Assembly: GCA_035703825.1 (NCBI GenBank) | Contig: DASSXL010000219.1 | Coordinates: forward strand, 10,189-74,188 | From: Candidatus Angelobacter sp. | Lineage (GTDB): Bacteria > Acidobacteriota > Terriglobia > Terriglobales > Acidobacteriaceae | Direction: 5' to 3' | Length of the DNA: 64,000 nucleotides | Shown: in pieces, positions 8,487 through 18,089 of the stretch | How positions within the stretch are numbered: the stretch's first letter is position 1 | How the letters are laid out: each line of letters starts with the position of its first letter | Notes under the pieces: generated by a model | Databases searched by the model: none | The model's input: the letters and a program-made list of their open reading frames with translations, nothing else | What the model was told of the DNA's origin: nothing | Made by a program: the position numbers and the translations under genes

Positions 8487-8973
8487 TTATTTCATCGTGG
8501 AAGACCACAACACCAATACCGTCTATTACAAACACGCAGATCCGCCCCATAACATCATCAAGACTCGATACACAGACGAACACATCAGGATTGCCCATAG
8601 GTCATTTCTACCCCAACACGAACGCTACATCAGATGGGATCGCATGAACACCGAAGCATCCGACGGCAAACGTGATTACTACGTGCCGAAAGAGAACACG
8701 GCGAATGGCCTCAGCGTAGTGAAGGCGGAACTAGCTAGACAATTTAGGATCACAGATTTTCCCGAGGATCGCAATATGGATGTGGAAACCACAATTCTCA
8801 GATTTGATGCTGAAGGAAAACATTATACCGTCGAAGTGGCTGACAATTTCAAAGACGACTATGCATCAGGGCAGATCAGGATTGATTTGAGACAGATTGT
8901 TCCCTGTCTACGAGCCTCAGTTGATAACAGAGTATTCGTAACGAGTAAGGGAATTGAATGGAATGAAGCATGA
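8404..8973 (+). CDS. Hypothetical protein (low-GC island)
   Basis: The track ORF 8284..8973 overlaps the previous gene. The internal ATG at 8404 (MDEELIIAKSG...) is the more plausible start. No motif recognised. Confidence 0.45.
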   Translation: MDEELIIAKSGEAAVRMARELSENCPPNYFIVEDHNTNTVYYKHADPPHNIIKTRYTDEHIRIAHRSFLPQHERYIRWDRMNTEASDGKRDYYVPKENTANGLSVVKAELARQFRITDFPEDRNMDVETTILRFDAEGKHYTVEVADNFKDDYASGQIRIDLRQIVPCLRASVDNRVFVTSKGIEWNEA

Positions 8974-9006
8974 AGGCAACAACGAATAATTTTACGATCT
9001 ATCATT

Positions 9007-9735
9007 ATGCCAAGCAGCCTAGCTGATCCTTACTTAAAAACAGCGAGAGCAAAAGAACACTTAGACGAACTGCGTGAACGCTTGACCAAGTTCCGCGAGG
9101 AACAGCCTATCTCCTTCGATCGTGAAGACAATCTCGTAAATCAGCAACATATTGTCCGTATCAAGATAAAAGGCATTCCTGACAAAATCACGCTGATCGC
9201 GGGAGACTTTTTGTATTGTCTTCGTTCTTCTCTGGATCAACTTGTTTGGGCACTCGCTAAGAACGTCGGAGCATATCCGAGTGGAACACAGTTCCCAATT
9301 TTGGAGCAACCCGATCAAGGGAAATTCAAACGGAATACGTTTGGAGTGCCACCAGAAGCCGCGAAGCTGATCGAGTCTTATCAACCTTACAATGCCCAGA
9401 ATACCGCACTAATAAAAGAGCATTTACTTTGGCAACTTAATAAGCTGTGCAACATCGACAAGCATCGAAGAATTCCCACTGACGCGACCATAGTGGATTT
9501 TCAATTCCCTGATTTTCCGAAGAAATTCATCTCAAGAGCGAAGTTCGATCCAGATTCGGAGACTGTCACCATGCCATTGGAACTGAAGGAGTACGCAAAA
9601 CTCAATCCGACGGCTTACTTAAATGTAACGTTTGGTGATTCGCATGAAGGGATCCGGTGCGATGTCGCAAGATTGGTGCAAATGTATGAATTCGTTTCCC
9701 ACAAAGTAATCCCAGGATTTGCCACCTTTTTCTAA
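9007..9735 (+). CDS. Hypothetical protein (low-GC island)
   Basis: 242 aa ORF with low-GC codon usage. The only conspicuous motifs are FLYCLRSSLDQLVWAL and LWQLNKLCNIDKHRRIP. No family is assigned with confidence. Confidence 0.55.
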   Translation: MPSSLADPYLKTARAKEHLDELRERLTKFREEQPISFDREDNLVNQQHIVRIKIKGIPDKITLIAGDFLYCLRSSLDQLVWALAKNVGAYPSGTQFPILEQPDQGKFKRNTFGVPPEAAKLIESYQPYNAQNTALIKEHLLWQLNKLCNIDKHRRIPTDATIVDFQFPDFPKKFISRAKFDPDSETVTMPLELKEYAKLNPTAYLNVTFGDSHEGIRCDVARLVQMYEFVSHKVIPGFATFF

Positions 9736-10299
9736 AAGCAAGAACGACTGAGTTCCGCCCGGTGCCTCTCCTCCCCGTCTTTTTTGCGAAGCGTCCGAGA
9801 ATCAGCAATAAGCACTTCAAATTGGAAGTTAGATAATCGAGCAATTTACCAGGTCTGATAACTTTCAATTTTTTCATCCATCTATTGACTCCAACTTCAG
9901 CTTTCGCTTAACATACGCACTGGTTCTCGCCGGTACGCGGCACCGGCGAACCATCGCTAAAAGGTAGTGAGAAACAAACCGGTTAGCGATCCGGGTGGTC
10001 CCAGGGAGGCGGGAACCCCAGAAAGGCCAGCAACCATGCGACCGTCGTCGGCCCATCGTTAGGGTCACAGATTGTGTCGATCTAAATCAGCAGTCTGCAT
10101 TCAGCAATCTGCAATCAGCAAATAATGAAATCCAGGAATTACGTGTGTTTCGGAGCAGGTTCTAGCCGCTAGCTGGTAGCTGCTGGCAAGTCCCGCAGCC
10201 CGCGCCTGCGCTCCACACTTTACTCAAATTGAAGGCCACAAGCAGGAGTGCCTTTGCCACAAAATTCAGGACCTGTTCCACAAATTCAGGAGAAGACGC

Positions 10300-11193
10300 A
10301 TGACGAAACAGGAGATCTGTGAAGCTATTGTGGGCTGCGCGGAAAAGCTGGGCCGCGCACCAAGCATTTTTGAAGTGATGAAGATGGCGCAGGTGTCGCG
10401 CCGGCAGATCAGAGCGGAGTTTGGCTCGTTCACGCAGGCGCTACGCGAGTGCAACCTGGAACGCGAGACCAGCAGCGGACAGAAAGTGCCGCTGGAAAAA
10501 TTGTTTGTCGACTGGGCGGGCGTAGTGCGGAAGGTGGGAAAAGCGCCGAGCATGAGCGAGTACGAAGCGATGAGCAAATTCAGTTGCAAACCGCTGGTTC
10601 GATGTTTTGGAAGCTGGCGGCAGGTGGCGTATGGGTTGACGCAGTTTGCGGAGGGCCGGGGGCTGGCGGAGCAGTGGAAGGCGGAGCTGGCACTGGCGGC
10701 GAAGGGCAGCGACCAGGATGCGCAATGGATGTTACCGCGGGAGGCGCCGACCACGAAGTCCGAAATGCTGGCGGCCTTGCGGGAGAGAGCGCTGACGGCG
10801 GGGTCAACCGTGGGGCCGACCTATGGGCTGCCGATGTGGCCGGGGCCGCTGGCTTATGCGCCGGTCAACGAGTTGGGCGTGGTGTTTCTGTTTGGATGGA
10901 TGGCTCCGCAGTTGGGGTACGTGGTGCACCGGATACAGCCCGAATTTCCGGATTGCGAAGCCATGCGCCGTGTCGGTGAAGACAAGTGCCAGCTCGTCAA
11001 AATCGAATTTGAACTGGAAAGCCGCAACTTCCTGAAGCACATGCATGACATAAAGGGATGTGACCTGATTATCTGCTGGCGGCATAACTGGCCGGAGTGC
11101 CCGCTGGAGGTGCTGGAGCTGAGAAAGGCGCTCAGCCTTCAGCAGGGAGCATTCAGCCAAAACCTTTTGCCGCAAAACCTCACCACTGATTAA
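10300..11193 (+). CDS. Two homing-endonuclease-associated (HNH_repeat-like) repeats fused to a PD-(D/E)xK-type nuclease-like C-terminal domain
   Basis: Two N-terminal repeats: AEKLGRAPSIFEV...IRAEFGSFTQAL and VRKVGKAPSMSEY...LVRCFGSWRQVA. The C-terminus EFPDCEA...VKIEFELESRNFLKHMHD...CDLIICW fits a D...ExE/K restriction-endonuclease-like core. Confidence 0.65.
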   Translation: MTKQEICEAIVGCAEKLGRAPSIFEVMKMAQVSRRQIRAEFGSFTQALRECNLERETSSGQKVPLEKLFVDWAGVVRKVGKAPSMSEYEAMSKFSCKPLVRCFGSWRQVAYGLTQFAEGRGLAEQWKAELALAAKGSDQDAQWMLPREAPTTKSEMLAALRERALTAGSTVGPTYGLPMWPGPLAYAPVNELGVVFLFGWMAPQLGYVVHRIQPEFPDCEAMRRVGEDKCQLVKIEFELESRNFLKHMHDIKGCDLIICWRHNWPECPLEVLELRKALSLQQGAFSQNLLPQNLTTD

Positions 11194-11325
11194 CACGGAT
11201 AAACACTGATCGGAATCGGGAAATCGGGAGATCGCACGACATCGGGGAATCGGAGACGCATGAAACACTTGAGCTGTTGTTCTTCCGAGGTCCCGATTAC
11301 CAGATCCTCCGATGACCCGATCCGT
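11187..11325. repeat. Composite word-repeat block (cactgat, aatcggga and ccgatga words)
   Basis: Sequence actgattaacacggataaacactgatcggaatcgggaaatcgggagatcg...cccgattaccagatcctccgatgacccgatc. The same word families occur at 1021, 6243-6367, 38767, 39249 and 52549. Confidence 0.7.
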
Positions 11326-11326
11326 C

Positions 11327-12148
11327 TCAATACTCCACGCTTACCAGAAACAGTCCGCTGGCGGGGGCGGTGGCCGCGGCGGCGGAGCGGTCACGCAGTT
11401 CTAGAATGCGGCGCACGTCGGCCACGGTGAGGCTGCCTTTGCCGACCATGAGAAAAGTCCCGACCAGATTGCGCACCATGTGGTGAAGAAATCCGTTGCC
11501 GCGCACGGTGTAGACGAGTTCGTCGCCCTGGCGTTGCCACTGCGAGTGAAAGATGGTGCGGACGTTGTTGATCTCCAGCGAATCTTTGCCGCGCTCAGGA
11601 TCGACGGCGGCGAAGCTGGTGAAGTCATGCTCGCCTATGACGAGGGCGGCGGCCTCGGCCATGCGGGATTCGTCGAGCGGATAAGGATGGTGGTAAACAT
11701 AGCGCGCCTGGAATGGCGAGCAAATTGCTCCACGATAGATGTGGTAGCGGTACGTTTTGGCCACAGCCGAGCGGCGCGCATGGAAGTCGGGAGGCATTTC
11801 CTCCGCGGCAAGAACGCGTATGGAGCGGGGAAGAATGTCATTTAGAGCGCGGACCAGATTGTCGGCCGGAATAGGAGAATCAATCATCACGGTGGCGATT
11901 TGAGCGAGCGCGTGGACGCCGGCATCGGTGCGGCCGGAGCCTTGCGGCAACGTTTTTTCGCCGGTGAGGTGTTCGAAAGCGGACACCAGTGTCCCCTGAA
12001 CGGACAGCCGGTCGGGCTGGACCTGCCATCCGGCGAAGTCGTGGCCGTCGTACGCGAGCGTGAGTTTGAGATTGCGTGGCAATCCTGCACCTTGATGTTG
12101 CAAGCGTTCGAAAGACGAAGGTCGCGGGCCTGCGCGTCCGCCCAACAC
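11327..12148 (-). CDS. truA: tRNA pseudouridine(38-40) synthase TruA
   Basis: LTLAYDG..F.GWQ.Q and GSGRTDAGVHALAQ (catalytic Asp motif), with a C-terminal GNGFLHHMVRNLVGT. Confidence 0.85.
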   Translation of the reverse strand: MLGGRAGPRPSSFERLQHQGAGLPRNLKLTLAYDGHDFAGWQVQPDRLSVQGTLVSAFEHLTGEKTLPQGSGRTDAGVHALAQIATVMIDSPIPADNLVRALNDILPRSIRVLAAEEMPPDFHARRSAVAKTYRYHIYRGAICSPFQARYVYHHPYPLDESRMAEAAALVIGEHDFTSFAAVDPERGKDSLEINNVRTIFHSQWQRQGDELVYTVRGNGFLHHMVRNLVGTFLMVGKGSLTVADVRRILELRDRSAAAATAPASGLFLVSVEY

Positions 12149-12332
12149 TTTTTAACGCCTAAAGAGCTGCTGAGCCGATATACTAACGGGTTTCCGCTAC
12201 GTCGAGCGTTTGATTCTGGAACCGCAGAGGGGATTCCCGCGTATCTCTTATGCAGCAGGGTGACGGAACCGGGGAATTACAGTCTCTATACATTACCAAT
12301 CAGGCGAGTTATTTACGATCGGGAGAAGAAGA

Positions 12333-14501
12333 ATGTCTCTAGCTTTTATCCGCAGTGATTTTGCAAGAAAAGTTGTTTCGGCCGTCTGTCTCTTGACGTT
12401 TCCGGCAGCGGCGCAGCAGGCCAATACCGGCCTGTCATTGCAGGCCACGCCTGTTGGGGCGCAGCAAGCCGCGCCCAGTGGAAGCCAGCAGTCCGGCGCG
12501 GCGGCAGGAAACCAGCAATCGGCGACGCCGACGCCAGACGCTCCCGAACCCAGGAAGCTGCCACAGCCAACGCATGTGGATTACTCCAAGCCGTCACCGC
12601 TGCTGCCGAATCCTTTTGCGCGCTACATTCCGCGCGAGGTGCCGCCACCGTCATTCACCAATGCTCCAAAGATCGAACAGCTTATACAGAATGGCAAGCT
12701 GATGCTGTCATTGAATGACGCAATTGCCATTGCGCTGGCGGACAACCTGGATATCGCCGTTGCTCGCTACAATCTGCCCATCGCCGATACCGATATATTA
12801 CGCACCAAAGCGGGCAGTTCTTTCCTTGGAGTGAACTCCGGCGTGGTTTCCAACACGCCCGGCGGCGGTCAGGGTGGAATTGGCGCGGGCGTCAGCGGCG
12901 CCGGAGCAGGTGGAACCACGGCAGGAGCGGGTGGCGCAGGCGTTGGAGCTGGCGGCTTCGTGGGGAGCACCAGCGGCGCCGGACCACAGCCGGACAACTT
13001 CGATCCGGTAGTCACTGGGACTTTTGCGTTGGAGCAATCGACTTCTCCGTCCAACTTCGGCCTGCTGTCCGGTTTGAGCGGCACCGGCGCGACGACACCA
13101 TTGGCGAAAGCGCACACCACCACTGGCAATCTTACTTATTCTCAGGGATTTTCGCCTGGTACCGCTTTTTCGATCGGTTTCAACAATCAGAGGCAGTCGA
13201 CGAACGGTTCCGCGCAAACATTCAATCCTGCGCTTACATCCAATTTCCGCGCCACGGTCCGTCAGCATTTACTGCAGGGATTTGGCCGCGGCCTCAATTT
13301 GCGCTTCCTCCGTACGGCACAAAACAACAAAAAGATTACTGAAGAAGGCTTTCGGCAGCAGGTGATCTCCACCGTTAGCCAGATTGAGAACATTTACTGG
13401 GACCTGGTGAACGCATACGGAGCGTTCAAAGTAAATGAACGGTCCCTTGCTCTAGCGCAAAAGACCCTCTCCGATAACCAGAAGCAGGTGGAAATCGGCA
13501 CCTTGGCGCCTTTGGACGTGGTGCGCGCCCAAAGTTCCGTAGCGAGCGCTGAGCAGGCGCTTATCGCCTCAAGAACCAACCTTCAGCTTCAGCAGTTGAC
13601 GATCAAGAACGCGTTGACCCGAGGTTTGCCCAATAACTCGCCTGTGGTACAGGCAGAGGTGATTCCCACCGATACCGTTCAGATCCCCGATCAGGAGAAC
13701 TTGCCGCCCGTTGATCAACTGGTGCAAATGGCGCTGGAGAACCGGCCTGATTACAGGCAGCAAAAAATCACCTTGAAGAACAATGAGATTAACATCAAAG
13801 GCGCCAACAATGGATTGCTGCCAACCGTAGATCTGATTGCTTTTTATGGAGCTTCAGGGCTGGCAGGATTGCAGAATCCTTTGGGTACCTGTCCTCCGGG
13901 CGTAACCACTCAATGCACCCCGCCGGGGACCATTCGTAACAGCGGTTTCGGTGACAGTTTCTCGAACCTGTTTAACTCCACAGGTCCGGACAAGGGCGTA
14001 CAGATCAACATTCAGATTCCTCTCGGCAATCGCGTGGCCCAGGCCACCCAGGTGCGATCCCTGCTGGAATACCGGCAGTCACAGCTATCGCTGAAAACAG
14101 TTGAAAACGTAATTACCATCGGCATTCGCAATGATGTTTTCACCCTGGAAAACAACCGTGCCAGCGTGGCCGCGGCGCAAAAAGCCCGTGATCTTGCAGC
14201 GCAAACTCTTGACGCGGAGCAGAAAAAGTACAACCTAGGCGCCTCAACCTATCTGGCCGTCTTGCAGGACGAGCGCGACCTGGCGCAATCGGAATCCGCG
14301 CTGGTAAGCGCCATGACGAACTATGCCAAGGCCCGTGTGCAGCTCGATCGAGACACCGCGCAGACCCTGGACCGGTACAACATCAAAATAGACGAGGCTG
14401 TTACCGGACAAATCAAAACAGTGCCCAACGTTCCCGGCACTATTCCCAGCAAGACCGCTCTCCAGGAAACAAACACGCCGGCGCAGCAACCGCCAAAATA
14501 G
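12333..14501 (+). CDS. TolC-family outer membrane efflux protein with a long low-complexity N-terminal region
   Basis: Signal-like N-terminus. Two OEP-type repeats (LSLNDAIAIALADNLDI...; LVQMALENRPDYRQ...). A Gly/Ala-rich insert (GGGQGGIGAGVSGAGAGGTTAGAGGAGVGAGG). No adjacent MFP or ABC/RND partner. Confidence 0.8.
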   Translation: MSLAFIRSDFARKVVSAVCLLTFPAAAQQANTGLSLQATPVGAQQAAPSGSQQSGAAAGNQQSATPTPDAPEPRKLPQPTHVDYSKPSPLLPNPFARYIPREVPPPSFTNAPKIEQLIQNGKLMLSLNDAIAIALADNLDIAVARYNLPIADTDILRTKAGSSFLGVNSGVVSNTPGGGQGGIGAGVSGAGAGGTTAGAGGAGVGAGGFVGSTSGAGPQPDNFDPVVTGTFALEQSTSPSNFGLLSGLSGTGATTPLAKAHTTTGNLTYSQGFSPGTAFSIGFNNQRQSTNGSAQTFNPALTSNFRATVRQHLLQGFGRGLNLRFLRTAQNNKKITEEGFRQQVISTVSQIENIYWDLVNAYGAFKVNERSLALAQKTLSDNQKQVEIGTLAPLDVVRAQSSVASAEQALIASRTNLQLQQLTIKNALTRGLPNNSPVVQAEVIPTDTVQIPDQENLPPVDQLVQMALENRPDYRQQKITLKNNEINIKGANNGLLPTVDLIAFYGASGLAGLQNPLGTCPPGVTTQCTPPGTIRNSGFGDSFSNLFNSTGPDKGVQINIQIPLGNRVAQATQVRSLLEYRQSQLSLKTVENVITIGIRNDVFTLENNRASVAAAQKARDLAAQTLDAEQKKYNLGASTYLAVLQDERDLAQSESALVSAMTNYAKARVQLDRDTAQTLDRYNIKIDEAVTGQIKTVPNVPGTIPSKTALQETNTPAQQPPK

Positions 14502-14523
14502 TCAGCGCTGGCATGCTGATATT

Positions 14524-14559
14524 TCCGGCTGGTCCTCACGGGCCGGCCGGATTTGTTTT
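14524..14559 (+). terminator. Rho-independent terminator after the TolC-like gene
   Basis: 9 bp stem tccggctgg / ccggccgga (14524-14532 / 14543-14551) followed by tttgtttta. Confidence 0.7.
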
Positions 14560-14917
14560 AGGGCATTGCTCTTCAGAGCGTCCCATTTCAAGATCGCGGG
14601 AATTGCTTAGTGACACCAACTTGTGCGGTTCTGTTGGCAGAGATTCTCCCTACGGATTTTCCTTTATGGGAAACTCTTAGATCGGTCACAGCCATAACTC
14701 CCGATGGGAACATGACCAACTACTGGTTGCGCGGGAACTTACATTTTTCAGTTGGAGCAACTTCGTCGATTGCTACAACAGCGATACGTTTGTTTACAAT
14801 AGAGTGCTTTCACTAACCTACAAGGAAGCGTCACGCCTGCTTTAAGCACCCTGGCCACGCCTGGATACCACAATGCGATGGGAAACTGGTTATGCAAATG
14901 ACTGATCCGGAGAATAT

Positions 14918-15835
14918 GTGAAGCCGGGTATTCAAACCTTCTTATTGTCGGCTACATTGCTGCTAGACTTGTTTGCCATGGCGGCCCAAGCACATAAGGA
15001 TCCGTTTCCATCTCTACCGGAGGCTACATTAATATACGGCTCCTTTGATCCATTTTTTTTGGTGGCCCGCACACCTGGCGCGACTGTCAGGATCCTTCCG
15101 GAACCACAACAGCCACCACATGAGAACAAGCCGATTTATCCGAGCATAACCCTTGATGGGCAGCAGGTAGCGGCGGCCCGTCTTCGCGGCGCCAATCCGC
15201 GCCGAGTATCAATCTCCGTTTACTCGATTCCGGAGAAGAAGTGGACCGATTATGGCGTGGGAACGTATGCAGGTTCAATTGCCATTTCTCCTGACGGCTT
15301 GAAGCTTGCTTTTCCCGGACAATGCACCGAGCAGCCCGTGCGAATCCACGTATTAAACAGGAACACTGGCGAGGAAACGCTGGGTCCGGATGTTGCTGAG
15401 TGCGGAGCCGTGCTGAGCTGGTCGCCGGACGCGGAGCAACTCGTATTTGAAGTGGTTACTCCCGAGGCGCCGATCAAAATTTGGGACTTGCGCTCGAATC
15501 GAGTGAAGACGCTGGGTTCCGGCGGTGCTCCTGCCTGGTCGCCGTCTGGGGAATGGATCGCATATTTTTACGGAAATGGAGTCCGGGTGGTGCACCCGGA
15601 CGGAACTGGCGCAAAAATGATAGCGAAACTTCCGCGTGCAGGATTCATCATCCGCCGCCAGCTTGAGTACAGAGAATTGCCAGTCTGGTCCCCGGACTCG
15701 GCGCATCTCTTGTTGAACGTCCTGATGACTGAAGAGTACGGGATGGACGTGCTGATAGTGGATCTCCCTTCTCTGCACAAAAAGAAAGTGTTCAAGAATG
15801 TCGCTCCAATCATGGGTTGGGCAGGAGCAAGATAG
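14918..15835 (+). CDS. Secreted TolB-like PD40 beta-propeller repeat protein
   Basis: Signal peptide, then repeated PD40-type motifs IAISPDGLKLAF, LSWSPDAEQLVF, PAWSPSGEWIAY and PVWSPDSAHLLL. Confidence 0.7.
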   Translation: MKPGIQTFLLSATLLLDLFAMAAQAHKDPFPSLPEATLIYGSFDPFFLVARTPGATVRILPEPQQPPHENKPIYPSITLDGQQVAAARLRGANPRRVSISVYSIPEKKWTDYGVGTYAGSIAISPDGLKLAFPGQCTEQPVRIHVLNRNTGEETLGPDVAECGAVLSWSPDAEQLVFEVVTPEAPIKIWDLRSNRVKTLGSGGAPAWSPSGEWIAYFYGNGVRVVHPDGTGAKMIAKLPRAGFIIRRQLEYRELPVWSPDSAHLLLNVLMTEEYGMDVLIVDLPSLHKKKVFKNVAPIMGWAGAR

Positions 15836-15976
15836 AAGGCCCGGACGAGGGGCCTACGACGAAAGTGAAGGCCCTGTCTCGCTTGAGAAACTCTGGAACT
15901 CATCCAGCATCCTGATATATATTCTCTGCACGCCCCCAGTTGCTTCGCCCGATTTACATTCAATGGAGATAGGTCC

Positions 15977-18004
15977 ATGTCGCGTGCACCTGCTTTTGTC
16001 CTGTCGCTTCTCTTGATTTCCGCCTTAAGTCTTGCCGCCAAAGACAAGGATAAGGACAAAGAATCCCCAGGGGGATGGCTGCCCATCACCCAGCAGGACC
16101 TTGCGGTCAGGGAAGTGCCGCACGATCCCGGCGCAGATGCCATCCAGCTCTATATGAGCTATTACAAGGATGACGACGCGAAATTCATCTCCGTTTACAA
16201 GCGCATCAAAATCCTGCGCGAAGGGGCGTTGCAGCCAGAGAGGAAGCTGGTGGATGTGGAGATTCCCATTGAGCCCGGACAATCGTTCAAGGAACTGGCC
16301 GCCCGGACCATTCATCCTGACCAGAAAATCATTGAATTCACAGGGAAGCCGTTTGAAAAAGTGCTGATCAAAACAAGGGGCGTGAAATTCACAGCCAAGA
16401 CCTTCAGTTTGCCGGACGTCACGGTGGGCAGCATTATCGAATACCGGTACAAAGTTGAGTTGCCGCTGGGTGTGGTGAGTACCATTTCCGCATGGCCCGT
16501 CCAGGAAGATCTATTTACGGTAAAGGAAGACCTTCGTTTCCGGGCCTACCAGGGATTAGTGATGGTCCCCACCGAATGGACCAGCGTCGCCCCTAAATCG
16601 AAGGTTGCGTATTCTTACCTGAATCAGATTGACCTTAGCGTGCCGGAGAAGAAGCAGCCAGGCAATCTGATGGAGCTTCATCTGCAGAATGTCCCTAAAT
16701 TTGATGCTGAAGAGTACATGCCTCCGCATGACGATTTTCGTCCCGTCATCCTCTTCTACTATGGCGGCAGAGAGATGTCATCGCCGGAGGGCTTTTGGGA
16801 CGAATGGCAAAAGCTGATCACTGAATATGTGGAGAAATACATCGGCCACTCGCAGGAAATTTATGACGCGGCGGTGAAGGCCGTCGGCGGTGAAACCGAT
16901 CCGGAAAAGAAGCTGCGCAAGTTGTATGCGCGGGCCCAGCAGATCAGGAACCTCTCTTTTGAACGCGAGCGCACCTCGGAAGAAAAAAAACAGGAGCATC
17001 TGAAACGCAACACCAGCACGCAGGAAGTGCTGCAACGTGGCTATGGCACCTCATGGGAAGTGAATGTCGCATTTACGGCGCTGGCTCGCGCCGCCGGGTT
17101 TGAGGCCACGATGCTGGGAGTTTCGGAAAGAAAAAACCGCTCTTTTAACAAGATTATCCTGTGGCTCGGCCAGCTTGATGACAGCGCGGTCATGGTCAGG
17201 CTCGGCGGCAAGGATGTCATTCTGGATCCGGGAACGCGGTTCTGTCCGTTCGGTGTCCTGCGCTGGGAAAACACGGCCACCACGGCGCTGAAATTCAGCA
17301 AGACCGGCGGCGGTTTCATTACCACGCCGGAGCCGGAAAGTTCCTTGTTGCGCCGGACTGCTCATATGTCGCTGGGTGTGGATGGCGCATTGGCGGGCGA
17401 ACTTTCAGTCGACTTCAACGGCGAAGAAGCGCTGGCATACCGCCTGAATGCGCTGGACCAGGATGAGGCCGGCCGGCGCGAGAGCCTGGAAGATGAAGTG
17501 AAAAGCTGGCTTCCCGGCAATGCAGTGGTCAAGCTGCAAGAGGCGCGCGGCTGGGATTCCATGGACGGGCCGCTAACCGCCCGCTTCAAGATTGACATTC
17601 CCGGGTTTGCCTCGACGGCCGGAAAACGTATGGTTTCACCTTCATTCTTTCTTTCTACGCTGCAGAAAGACATGTTCACCAGCCAGGTCCGCCGGTATCC
17701 CATTAGCTTTCCCTACCCGTTTGCTGAAGAAGATGAGCTGATTACGAAATTGCCGGAAGGTTATGGCGTGGAAGCGCCGCCGTACCGCCGCAAAGCGGGC
17801 CTTGCCTATGCGGGTTATGAGATCTCATCCGCGGTGGAGGACCGCCAGCTTGTTACCAAGCGTAAGCTTCGTTTTGAAGGCTCGCTGGTTCCGCTGGAAA
17901 AGTATGAAGAGCTCAGGAACTTTTTCAGCGTGGTGCAGAAAGGCGATGGCGACCAGGCTGTCCTGCAGAAAGAACAAAATGAAAGCTCCCAGAACCAGAA
18001 TTAA
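15977..18004 (+). CDS. Secreted transglutaminase-like paralogue A1 (DUF3857/TGase-core/DUF3858-type architecture from memory; Cys position = Ser)
   Basis: Signal peptide; GGWLPITQQDL, FTGKPFEKV, GSIIEYRYK, YARAQQIRNLSFERERT, RGYGTSWEV..ALARAAGFEA, LDPGTRFCPFG, FFSVVQKGDGDQ. GGAGA lies upstream of the ATG. Confidence 0.8.
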   Translation: MSRAPAFVLSLLLISALSLAAKDKDKDKESPGGWLPITQQDLAVREVPHDPGADAIQLYMSYYKDDDAKFISVYKRIKILREGALQPERKLVDVEIPIEPGQSFKELAARTIHPDQKIIEFTGKPFEKVLIKTRGVKFTAKTFSLPDVTVGSIIEYRYKVELPLGVVSTISAWPVQEDLFTVKEDLRFRAYQGLVMVPTEWTSVAPKSKVAYSYLNQIDLSVPEKKQPGNLMELHLQNVPKFDAEEYMPPHDDFRPVILFYYGGREMSSPEGFWDEWQKLITEYVEKYIGHSQEIYDAAVKAVGGETDPEKKLRKLYARAQQIRNLSFERERTSEEKKQEHLKRNTSTQEVLQRGYGTSWEVNVAFTALARAAGFEATMLGVSERKNRSFNKIILWLGQLDDSAVMVRLGGKDVILDPGTRFCPFGVLRWENTATTALKFSKTGGGFITTPEPESSLLRRTAHMSLGVDGALAGELSVDFNGEEALAYRLNALDQDEAGRRESLEDEVKSWLPGNAVVKLQEARGWDSMDGPLTARFKIDIPGFASTAGKRMVSPSFFLSTLQKDMFTSQVRRYPISFPYPFAEEDELITKLPEGYGVEAPPYRRKAGLAYAGYEISSAVEDRQLVTKRKLRFEGSLVPLEKYEELRNFFSVVQKGDGDQAVLQKEQNESSQNQN

Positions 18005-18089
18005 CCAGCGAAATGGTCCGAGTTCTGGCCACATCGGCTTTGGTGATATATAGTTTGCGGACAAATCCCCCAAATTAGTCTTGAGGTGA

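Noticed and set aside
9922-9952. A 31 nt hairpin with a 3'-strand bulge, considered as group II intron domain V (GTGCG also occurs nearby on the minus strand)
   Set aside because: It lacks the AGC catalytic triad and a GNRA loop. There is no reverse transcriptase/maturase ORF or other intron domains in the vicinity.
9874-10068. 64 aa minus-strand ORF in the structured GC-rich block
   Set aside because: Arg-rich with no start context. The region is better explained as structured non-coding sequence.
14610-14816. 68 aa ORF in the AT-rich spacer after the TolC terminator
   Set aside because: No SD, no motif, and atypical composition. More likely promoter/leader sequence for the PD40 gene.
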